A stretch of 64,000 nt of DNA from Azolla caroliniana. Lineage: Eukaryota > Plantae > Polypodiophyta. The notes beneath the pieces were generated by a model. That model saw only the letters and a list, made by a program, of their open reading frames with translations. It ran no database searches and was not told where the DNA came from. The position numbers and the translations under genes were made by a program. Positions within the stretch are counted from its first letter, which is position 1. Each line of letters opens with the position of its first letter. The stretch spans positions 13,144,001-13,208,000 of the forward strand of contig JBHGNT010000009.1 in the NCBI GenBank assembly GCA_043228905.1, given 5' to 3'. Below are positions 22,819 through 34,075 of the stretch, piece after piece.

Positions 22819-25303
22819 TACTATAAAAATTAGTACGAGATGTAGAGAGAAGGGAGAGAGACCATGAGAGAATCACGAGAGAGAGAGAGAGAGAGAGAGA
22901 GCTATAGTGTGGAAGAGAGAAGTATGATAACAAAGAAGTATATTATATGAAAAAGAGTACAAGGATAACTAAGAGGCTTAAGACCGACGTTGAATAGAAT
23001 TGGTTCTGAATAGTGCCATATGCCTCTATTTATAGTATTATGAGGAGTATTCCTGAAGTTATGAATTTTCTGTAATGAAATAATAAATGAAAATAATATC
23101 TTTTGTATTACATTGAATAATTTAATGGTATGGCCTCAACCCATGTACCATAAGGTCACAGGTTCAAATTTTTTTGAGGCCATATCATGACACTATCCCC
23201 CCCTTCAAATGACGAGTTTTACGAGTCGTCTTTAATTTGGTGAAGGTGGTGTAATACAATTTGGAATAGAGCTTGTTTGACATGGTTCTAGGAGAGAACT
23301 ATGAAATATCAGATGTATTCGTAATTGTGAAGTTAGATCAAGACGAAAAGTGACATCATTGATTTTTCCATTAATGATAAAAGGGCCTAATTGTTGATAA
23401 TCCAATTTGGCACATGGTCGGGTTGTCTTTATGTGTCTTCGCAATAGCCATACTCGATCTCCAATATCAAAACAAGATGGAAGCCAATGATGATCTACAT
23501 AGTCTTTCTGTGTTTGGTGGGCTTGATGTAGATGGTTAGAAAGTTCTACCTGGATCTTGCATAGTCACTCCTAATGATCCAGTGCCCTAGGATTTGTCGG
23601 TAATTCGAGAGTTTCAAATAAACACCAACGAGAATGATAGCCTGTATATGCATAGAATGGTGTAACCCTAGTAGAGGAATGGATAGAATTATTATATGCA
23701 AATTCGGCAAAGTGTAATATATCCGCCCAATCATCTTGTTGATAACTTATGAAACACCAAAGATACTGCTCCAACATTTGATGGTAGCCAGAGGAGAGGT
23801 TGCAGGTGACCTTGAGCATTGTGAAGAGATGTTTCCAAAATTTAGATATAAATTGAGGTCCATGATCAATGATGATGTTGTCGGGAAGACCATGGTGACG
23901 AAAAACTTCACGCATAATGATATTTGTGGTGTCTTCACTAGTGTTCTCTTTAGTGCATGGCAATAAATGTGTCATCTTGGTATATCGATCAACCACTGTT
24001 AAGGTTGCATTGAACCCCTTAGAATTCAGAAGATCTGTAATAAAATCCAAAGAAATGGATTGCCATGGCTTGCCTGGAATCGGTAATGGATTCAATAAAC
24101 CATATGGATGATGTCGGGGCATCTTTGCTCGGCATCATGTATCACATGTTCGAACATAGTCTTCGACAAACTTATGCATATGAGGCCACAAAAATGATTG
24201 GGTTACTAAATCCAAGGTTTTGGTACTACCAAAATGTCCAGCTGTATATGTATCATGACAACTTTGTACAACTTGTAGGTGAGATGAACCATTGGGAACA
24301 TATGAAATATTTTTATAGAAGAGTAATCCATCATGCCATTTAAATTGTCAATAATCCATACCTGATTATTGTGACCGCGAACATGATGCACGAGTGGAAT
24401 TAATCTAATCGAAGCTATCTTGAGCAAAGACATCTATCTTCAGATCTTGAAGGATAGTAACAATAATGTTGGAATCCAATGGAGTATCAAAAACTGCAGT
24501 TGCTTGAAGCCGTGCGGAACCTAGGATTACTTGTTTTTAATTATTGAAGGTCAGATTACCAGGACGAGGTGCTATATATGAGCGTCATGATAATATAATG
24601 GATATGCCTTCCCTTGTTGCTTGCCTAGACAAAATGTAATCTTGAATTCGAAATGAGTGAGAAACCGAGCCAACCGAGCTTGTCGTCTATTTAATACACG
24701 AGCATTCTAGAAATAGGTGAGGTTCTTGTGATCATTGAACACAATGATTGGATGAGGAGATCCTTCTAGGAAATGTCGCCATTGTGCAAAGGAATCAACT
24801 ATAGCTAATAATTCCTTTTCATGTACCTCATAGTCGATTTCGACAGTGTCAACTTTGCGCGAGTGGAAAGCAACTAGATGTAGTTTCTCATCTTCACCTT
24901 GTTGTGACAAAATATTACCAAGTGCAAAATCCAACAACATGTTCGCGTTCACAAGTGGAAGGATTGCGCATAAATGGAAGGATAAGGAATATTTTGGTTG
25001 ATTTTAGGGCTTTTTCAATGAATTTACAAAACACATTGATACCAGTATCATACATGTTCAAATATACTATGAAAAAGGTTAAAAATCCACTATTTTCGTG
25101 GTTTAGAAATAAATAAAAAATGAGGAATTTCAAAAAGTTACATTCTCAATTTATATCACAAACTTTACAACCAATGTTATTTTATAAGAAATGATTTTTT
25201 AGAAATCATAAGAATTCAAAACACATGCTTTTATATTACTCGATTTGTTACAAGTGGAATGTAGTTACATTTAATAGCCAAAAATACAATCATGATCACT
25301 CCT

Positions 25304-26880
25304 TTATGGAGAATCACTACTATAACTAATATACAATGACGATTCCTCCTCATCATCCTCAGATGTACCAATCAGTGCATTATCTTTGTCATAAACCAAA
25401 TGGTTTGACTCTAGATTATATGTAGCAGATCTCGTTTGCCTTTGACTCGAGCCAGCTTGCAGACCTGGTAATTTTTGTTTTATTATATCTATTGTTGACT
25501 TCCTTAATCGTCCGGCTTTTGTAAGCGTGAAGTCATACACGATGATATCCACATCAGAGATATCAAGGGTCGAGGTGTTACGAATGTTTCGCTTCCTCTT
25601 CCTACCTCCCCTTGTTGTTGGGCATTCAATCATCTCCAATGTATACTTACCTATAAAAGCATTTGCACTTCTAGTGTTGTACCAATGAACGTTCATAGAC
25701 TTGATCGTGTTTTCTATTTCATGCATTAGCACTTCTAGAATTTTACGAACCCAAAATTGGTGGCCATGTGAGTTCTCATCAGCTGGCGTTGCAATCAACA
25801 TCCCCGCCGCGAGCTCTTGCAAATTGCCTTGTCATCTTGGTCCCACATAAATGTCTCTTTGTTGTGGATGGACCAAATTGTCATTAATTGCATTTGTTGG
25901 TTGCTCCAGAGTCTTATTTACACGATCATGTTGTAGCGACCATGTGAATGGCGTTTCCAAATTCCAATTATCACCAAATACACAATTGTCTATAATTCCT
26001 TTGTGATCACTAAAAAATACATCCCACCATGGCGTGGCTTGTTGTGCGGCATATTTCTTGGCGGCCTCAATATGCTTTCTTTTTTCTTCTAAGGCTTGGA
26101 GCCATAAACGTTTTTGTTTTGATATCAAGTCACTATGCAATTGTCCTTTCTTCTCAATCGACATTTGTTTAGCTCCATGGACAATTGTACTCGGCATACA
26201 AAGTAATAACTGGCAACCACCTTCAGGTTCCCATGTTGTAGAAGATGAATATTGTTTAGCATACAAAAGTGTAGAACCACTTATTTCATTTTTCTTTATC
26301 AAAAAAATGTGATTGAAGCTTATATTGTTTAACTGGGCGAGCACTTTAACATTCCCAACACCCCCATCTGATATATATCTCTTAAAGTCATATACCTCCT
26401 TCAAGTGTAACACTTTTGGGCGTGGTGTATATGCATCACAAATGACATCAAATAGTTTTGGTAATGTGAAAGCATCATGCCGAGACAACTGTCTGGAGAA
26501 TGTGCTAAACATCTGATCTATATGATCATGTGTGTGGCCAACCAAAAGAAAATTGACTTTCACTTTTCTAAACAATCCTTGGTTGACCAACATACTTAGA
26601 TAGCCAAACACAGTTGAATTTTTGTTCTCTCTAGCAGTATTGTCCAATTGAAGGTATAGAACAGGGGGGAATGGTTGGCCCCAACACATCAAAACTCGGT
26701 GAATCACTGTAACTGTTAGGTTAGGGTCATTGTGAACATTGGGGTATGTAATGAAGACGTGAGGTCCAACTGACCTATTATAAGCCAAGCATCCCACCAA
26801 GTGCATTTGAACATGGCACTCATCATTGACTTCTTTGGGGAGCCTCCGCATATGCGGCAAGCATGTCTTCTTCTAGTCCA
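25304..26880 (-). pseudogene. DDD/E transposase, DUF7869/Sola-like, 5'-truncated with internal stops
   Basis: D*KKTCLPH (remnant of DGMDQ..T.LPH), LYLQLDNTARENKN, FLLVGHTHDHIDQMFS; TGA at 25832 in frame with ORF 25304-25822. Confidence 0.8.
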
Positions 26881-27579
26881 AGCACATATTAATAATTACT
26901 TAAACTAGACTGTATAAAGTTAAATCAAGTATAATATAATTACAATCATTACCAAGCCATATATATGTTGGTTTAAATATAAAATCATTGGTTAATTAAT
27001 GACACCCATATTTAATATAGAACTTCTCAATCATTGGTCCATTCATGCCCACCATTTTAAATATAAGACATTTCAATGATTGATTCATTCATGGCCACAT
27101 CTTTAATACAAAGCAATTAAGAGTCATAAAAAGGTTGCTTTGAGTAATCAATCATTGGTTCATTCATGAACCTCTATCATTGTTTCCTTCATGACCTTCA
27201 AAGTCATTGTATGTTAGTTTGACCATAAAATAATCATCAATACGTTAGTTTGACTATTTAATCATTGATGCATTCCTAAGTAACTCTAGTTAAAGTGACT
27301 GTGGTTACTAACTAACTACCCTCAAGCTTACCAACCTTGGTTAAAGTGACTGTGGATACTTTAACCACTGTGGTCAATCCCGATAAATAGGAAAACCTCC
27401 TCATATTTCAATCACATGAAGCACACGTGCAGAACAAAGCACATAGAGCACAAAGCACAAAAGCGAGATCTCCGCCTAAACATCGACAAGATCAACCATG
27501 TCTTCAAAGAAAATCGAGTGCTAGGACTCTAGGTAAGCCTCTGACACCGTGGACATTTTTGTAAATATGTTTTAGCACT

Positions 27580-28016
27580 CAGGAACTCGATATGCCGTAT
27601 CGAGTTCCTGCATTATGTTTGTGTTTTATACAGGAACTCGATACGCCGTATCGAGTTCCTGTATTATGTTCGTGTTTTATACAGGAACTCAATACGGTGT
27701 ATCGAGTTCCTGTATATAGTTTGCGTTTTAAATAGGAACTCGATATGGCGTATCGAGTTCCTGTATTATGTTGTGTTTTTTACAGGAACTCAATACGGCG
27801 TATCGAGTTCCTGTGTAAAGTATGTGTTTTATAAAGGAACTCGATACGCCGTATCAAGTTCCTGTTTAAAGTTTATGTTTTGCACAGGAACTTGATATGT
27901 CGTATCGAGTTCCTATGTAAAGTATGTTTTTTATACATGAACTCGATACGACGTATCGAGTTCCTGTATAAACACGAACTATATACAGGAACTCGATACG
28001 CCGTATCGAGTTCCGG
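27580..28016. repeat. Array of nine 31-bp palindromes CAGGAACTCGATACG-N-CGTATCGAGTTCCTG, period 50-51 bp
   Basis: Units start at 27580, 27631, 27682, 27733, 27783, 27834, 27885, 27936 and 27986; ~20-bp AT-rich linkers are related to each other and the last one is inverted. Confidence 0.97.
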
Positions 28017-28323
28017 TATAAAACACAAAATTTAAAGAGGAATATTGTGTCTTTGGGGCAACAATATAGTATATGTGTGAAAAGATATCAAACTTTCTGT
28101 TAAATTCAGACATTTTTAGTGCCATCTGCCATATTCTGTAACAAATAGGGGCCTTATTTATAGAGGTTTTATGATCTATTATAGTTTAAAATAGTAGAAA
28201 ATAACCCACGAATTATCTTTATGATACCAAATTCAAGTCTATTATATGCAAATTCTCTACAATATACAACCTTAATCTAGTTGACCACCTAACTTATGTT
28301 TTCCCATGTCCTTTCTTAAATAG

Positions 28324-31300
28324 GTCATTTGAGAACTTGTAAGACCGACCAATGATGAAGATAAAGCTCCAGATACAGGGCTCTCCAATTGAAAGCCATA
28401 CCCTAATAGCTCCTGAGAACATGAAGAGAGGAAAAAAGCTTCTCTTCAACGAGGACACAAAATCTCAACCATCCAATGAGGTCAGCCAAAAGAAAATACT
28501 GGCAGCTACTGGTGGTGAAGACCTTCCTGATTGTGATCTAACAGACAAGGAATGGTGTATGCAATACGTCGACTCCAAGAAAAAAGTCATGTTGTATACA
28601 ACAAAGAAGAAGGGCGAGGGGCAACTTGAAAATGAAACCGCATTTATGTATGGCCGTATTCTAAGATTTGACTACGAAGATTCAGATTCGGTCAACATTC
28701 TTGTAATGATAGAGTGCTTTAAGGGGGTACGTAAAGTGTTCATTTCTGAAGATCTACTAGTAAAGGAATCGTGTGGGCCAGAAGCTTTGAAAAAAGATCT
28801 AGAAAGCTCACAAAACCTTATTGTCACCTTGAGGCCTTACATACAAGGTCATGTAGCTCTAAGGGAGCCCTTGCCCTCCCCAGTGAAGGCCCCGAAAAGG
28901 GCATCTAAAGTACAATCAAGACCACCCAAAAAGAAGACCACTAAAATCTCGGACTTCGACTCATCAAGCTCAAACGAAGATGAGGACACTAAGGGGACGC
29001 TAGGAGCTGAGCTTGCATCGGGTGTGTTGTCATCCGAGCAGAATAAGATACGGAGAGAGTTAATGCAACGTAAACTGGTCAAGAAAGGGCAAGTGTTTAA
29101 TTTTCCTATAACACACATCCATTGACCCCCTATCGATGAAAAAATAGGACGAAGACCTCTTGAGATTAGAGAGCCACACTGAATGCATGTTCAAAATCTC
29201 AAGAAAAAAATGAAAATGAATCCACATGCTACCATTGTGCCTTTTATTGTTATGGTGGATCCCGAAGAATGTGAAACCATTGACGATTTCGATATAAGAA
29301 AGCATGATCAATACAATTACTTTGTAATTGGTGGATCGCATTCGGCGGATGAACGTCAACAGCTTGTTAGAGAACATCCAACAATTTTCTTCTTCAAGTA
29401 TGCCGAGTGCAAAATTTATGTGGGTCTCACAACTGAAGAGGCAAAGCTGTTGTCATGGGACCACAATAACAAAAATGACTATAGGTAGAAAATGTCATCG
29501 ATTGAGCGCATAAGGTTCTTTCACCACGAGTATTTGGACGTCAAACAAAAGTTTGGTGTGAAGCTACATCCAGGCCTACGACGTCAATGCTTGCATGAAG
29601 TCGGCATTGTGGTAGATGATAATGTTAAGTCTGATGGTCTTCGGAAATATGAGTCTTGGTTTCAACTTGCCTTTAGAGATGGAGAAGTATGGGACCTACA
29701 AGATCAAATGTTCTCAATATGGGAGAATAAGGAGGTCAAGGGTCAACGACAAAAGAAATGTAAGGTAGACCCTCAACTAGAATTAAAGTCACAAGCGGCT
29801 AAGAAAACTGATTTGACAATTGAAGAAGCGGCTGGCGACATGAAGTTGTCTCTATGGAGAGCGATGCAAGGTATTAAGGACGAGCAGCTTCTTGTGTCTG
29901 TTTTGTCAAGGGTTGTGGCGAAAGATTTAAGCCTTAAAGAAATGGTCACTAAGTTCAATAAGTATTTCAAATAGTGATACTGAATTCAATATGGTGCAAT
30001 TGAAAGTTCTAATCTCGTTTTCTAATTTCACAGTCATAAGGTGTACATGAAGATACAAGAAGTTATGATGAAACAACTTGGATGTATAACTTGGGAACAA
30101 GTGACCAAGGATTATCCTCTAATGTCTTCATATAAGGCGTTATCCGAGTATTTTATTGCATTCAAATTGGGTTAGTATTGGTGGTTTTTCATTAAGCTTT
30201 CCTCATATGTAGAGGTTGTGTAACAATACTTGATGTCTTATTGCTTCTATTAGAAACGGTATCGTGGCAAGAAACAAGGAGAAGTTAAGGATATACACGA
30301 TTTCCCGACATCCTTCCTTGCACATCTCGAGAGAGCCAGAAAAGAAAAGGATCGTCGCTTAGACAAGGCGTACGAAATTGAGGAAGATGGCTCCTTCAAA
30401 AAATTTAGCCACAAAAAGGATATTACGAGAGATCTTTACTACAACGTGGTTTGCGGCGATGTCGTTGACATGATCCAAAAAGTGCCAAAGACGGAATATA
30501 TGCTAATGATTGTGTATATTCCATACGGATTTCGAATGGCAGGGTCATCATACGACAATGAGCCGTTTAGGTTTAAACAGTTAGAGAAGATGGTCAAGAA
30601 TTTTGCTGAGCTCACGACTGCATCCTTGTGGAGAATAGTTGTCTTTCATAGTATGGACCAAGGGTACTCGGTAGCTCAAGCTTTGAGATCTTGTTGCCAT
30701 GGCATCGAGAACCTTGCATGGTAAGGATTATTTATATGTCTTGTTCACTATATTGCCTTTCTTAAGATTGTTCAATCTATTCTTAACTCGATGTAATATT
30801 TGTTATAGGATAAAGACCAATGTAAATAGAGGGCCAACCTTTCAGTTTGTTAATGCCATTGAATACATTACTGTTGGCTACTTCGATGAAATTAAGAAAC
30901 AAAGAATCAAGGAGCATTCTAATGAAGTGGGAGGTTCAAATCTGTTGGTATATCCAGCAGTGACACGGAAATTGCGACATGTCACCACGACAGAACGGGG
31001 ACTTGTCAACCCATACCAAAAACCTCAACGACTTATGATGCGCTTGATCGAGATGTTTTCTGTAGAAGGAGATTGGATATTAGACCTCTTTTCTGGCACA
31101 GGTATTCCTCGAACTAGGTTAACGATGTTGAGATAACCAATACTGAATCTTTTTTGTTTGAGAACTAATTCTTCTTATTACTTTCTTCACAGGGACAACG
31201 TCTGGATGTGCATTGAATCTCTCAGAAACACAATTGCATTGGAGAAGGACAAGGAACAAGTTATATTTATAAACATGAGGATTAAGGCTTTGTGGGAGTG

Positions 31301-31544
31301 CCCAGACCAGGACGAGGAGGTTGGTGCAAAGAACCTCGCTGATACTGAAAGGTTTCAACCTGCTTCGCGAGAGCCTATTCCTCCGTTAGCCGGGGAACTG
31401 GGGGAGCTAATAGAGCTTGATGATGAGCTTATAGAAGATATTTCGTTGGCTTGGCTAACAAGGGAAGCCAATGCACGTATAGCCGAAGAGACTTCTATAC
31501 AGGATGATGAAGAAAATGACATTGACAATTTGCTTGCTATGTAA
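28324..31544 (+). pseudogene. Spliced cargo gene: N-terminal acidic/basic region + ParB/Srx-like domain + C-terminal beta-class N6-adenine/N4-cytosine DNA methyltransferase
   Basis: Exons ~28324-29961, 30034-30170, 30254-30720, 30809-31101, 31193-31544 with GT-AG introns. ParB-like HVQNLKKKM..IVPFIVMVD..YFVIGGSHS..KIYVGLTTEEAKLLSWDHN. MTase VVCGDVVDMI..IVYIPYG (motif IV), LAWIKTN, PYQKPQRLMMRLIEMFSVEGDWILDLFSGTGTT..IALEKD (motif I). Stops at 29123, 29180, 29486 and a frameshift near 31220. Possible exon 1 at 27498-27532. Confidence 0.82.
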
Positions 31545-31984
31545 TAGACTCTTTTAAAAATGCGAAATGTATTGTTTGGAATTCACATTATTAATACAAA
31601 TTTTAGGTTTTACTTGGTGGATTCTATTTTTTATAATCTTCTATATGTTTCAATTTTATTTTTATATAATTGGTTAGTAGACTTATGACATTGGTTTCAC
31701 CGCATGCATTGCTGACTACCAAATTATATACATGCAAGTATGGGTCAAAGTATAAATTATAACTCATTTTATTAGTCTGGTTACAAGTACACCTCATATT
31801 TTTGTAAAACTCACCAAATTAATATAAGTCTTTAACTTAGTGTTTCCCATGTCGCACATTAGTGACATATTGAGCCATTGTTGAACTTTATTATGCCTAC
31901 ATTAACTTATCAAAACGTCCAAACTTGCATGATTTCTAATGATCTTCACTCGTAGACCTATCATGTATTTTTATATTTGCAAAT

Positions 31985-34039
31985 TGTAAAAGTTGTGCGG
32001 AAGCGTGTGCGTAAACGCAAAGTAGTTCAGTAAACACAGAAAACACAAAGATGGAGAGGGAGAGGGAGAGACAGAGAGAGAGCGACACTATGGATCAAAT
32101 TCAAAATAATTCTCAGTTCTGTACATACTTCGTGCTCAGTGAGCACCTTATATATAAGCCTTGACAATCGGGCTGACACAAGTATTGACAGTAAGTACTT
32201 GAATGCTCATAAATGAGCCGACTACACAAACTTCCAAAATTATTCCTTTACGAGGAATAATGCTCTAACAACCTCTTCAGTTTTCACACCGATGCGGCCC
32301 TGTTGAGCGTACTTTTTCACGCACCCAGTCTACGCACTGGGTTATGCTGGGTACTTCGCACCGAATGTTGAGCTTGTCTCTCAACACTCCCCCTCAAGCT
32401 CAACTTGAGGTTCCCCTTGCTCCGCCAGATCTACGCTCCAGTTCCTTCTGGCTTCACGCCTCGCTCGCGCTCCTCGACCCGTTCGATTCCGCGCGCTTCG
32501 ACCCTTTCGGTCCGCTTGTCTGCTCATTCGGCCCTTCTCAGCTCCCTTGTTGTCGCGGTGTCGACGCGTCCTTCGCTGCCCTTTTCTCCGCATGGCCTTC
32601 AGTTGATTCGGTATATCCGAATCGAACATACCGATTGAATCGAACTCTTCCGATTCAATTTCACTCTCATCCGAATTGGCTGTCTCTAATTTGTGCTCAA
32701 TCTTCAAGCCCTTGACAACATCCGACCACGTCTTAGTCTTGGCCTTATCTCCCCCTATTTCGGCTGTCCTCGGCTCCTTCTTATGCTTACGGCCCTTGCT
32801 TCCGTCGTCGGCTTCTTCAGCCGGTTCGAAGTCAAATTCTCCATCCGACTCCACATCTTGGTCACTTCCGTCGTGATGCTTACCTCCGCTCCTTTCATGC
32901 TCCCCCTGTTCTTCCTTTCTCCCCCTCAAGTTCGGCGTGTTGAGGTGACGCAACCCAAACGCACCCAAGAAATGTCGTAACTTGTCGAGACCAAGAGGTT
33001 TTGTGAAGAATTTGCCGATCAGTCGAAACATGCACCAATTTGACTTCTCCTGAAAGGACACACTCACAAACAAAATGGTAATGTACCTCAATGTGCTTGG
33101 TCCGAGTGTGGAACACAGGGTTTTTTGTAAGGTGGATACTACTGAGGTTCTCGCAATAGATCGTCGTCGGATCAGACACCTTTACCTGCAGATCTCATAA
33201 TAGCCGTTTCAGCCAAATGACTTCGCACGCAACGATAGTCACCCCTCGATATTCGGCCTCCGTGCTGGACAGTGCTACTGTCGGCTGCTTTTTTTCTGCT
33301 CCACGCGATCGCCGCACTTCCTAACGAGAAGGCGTATCCGGATGTGGATTTACGATCACTAGCGTTGCCGGCCCAATCGACATCCGTGTAGCTGACTAAC
33401 TGTTCGGCTACGCCTACGCGATATAGCAATGCCATGTCTTTCGTGCCACTTACATATCGCAATATCCTTTGCGCGCATTGAAGATGTTCGGTCATAGGCT
33501 GCGACATGAATTGACTGATTAGGCCGACTAGATAACTAAGATCCGGCCGAGTAATCGTCAGATAGATAAGGCTGCTGACAAATTGTCGGAACCGTGTCGA
33601 GTCGCACGCCTTTCCCGAATCTCGGCGAAGCTTTACGTTTCTGTCCAGAGGGGTTGAGATGGGCTTAAAATTTGCCATCCCGAACTTGAAGAGCATATTC
33701 AGAGCGTAATGACGCTGACTGATCAATATGCCTTCAGGGTTGCGGATCACTTCGATCTCGAGGAAGTAATGAAGGTCTCCGAGATCCTTCATTTTGAATG
33801 ATGCCGCAAGTTGAGACTTTACGCGGCGGATTTCTTCTAGATCCGCACCGGTGATGACTAAATCATCAATATACAATAGAAGGCTTACCGGGTCATGTCG
33901 ACTTGGCCGAACAAATAATGAAGAGTCAGACTTCGATGTCGAAAAATCCATCCTACGCATGTTAGGAATAGTACTAAAACAAAGAGAGAATTAGTGCTAG
34001 GGAAGGGAAGTACTATTAGTACTAAGAGGAGGAAAGAGA

Positions 34040-34075
<36 letters not shown>

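Noticed and set aside
27580-28016. CRISPR array
   Set aside because: The linkers are only ~20 bp and homologous to one another rather than unique, the repeats are full palindromes, there are no cas genes, and the context is eukaryotic.
28324-31544. Bacterial contamination or a restriction-modification system
   Set aside because: The gene has several GT-AG introns, one splitting the FSGTG motif, and sits inside plant retroelements with clean TSDs; no restriction endonuclease partner is visible.
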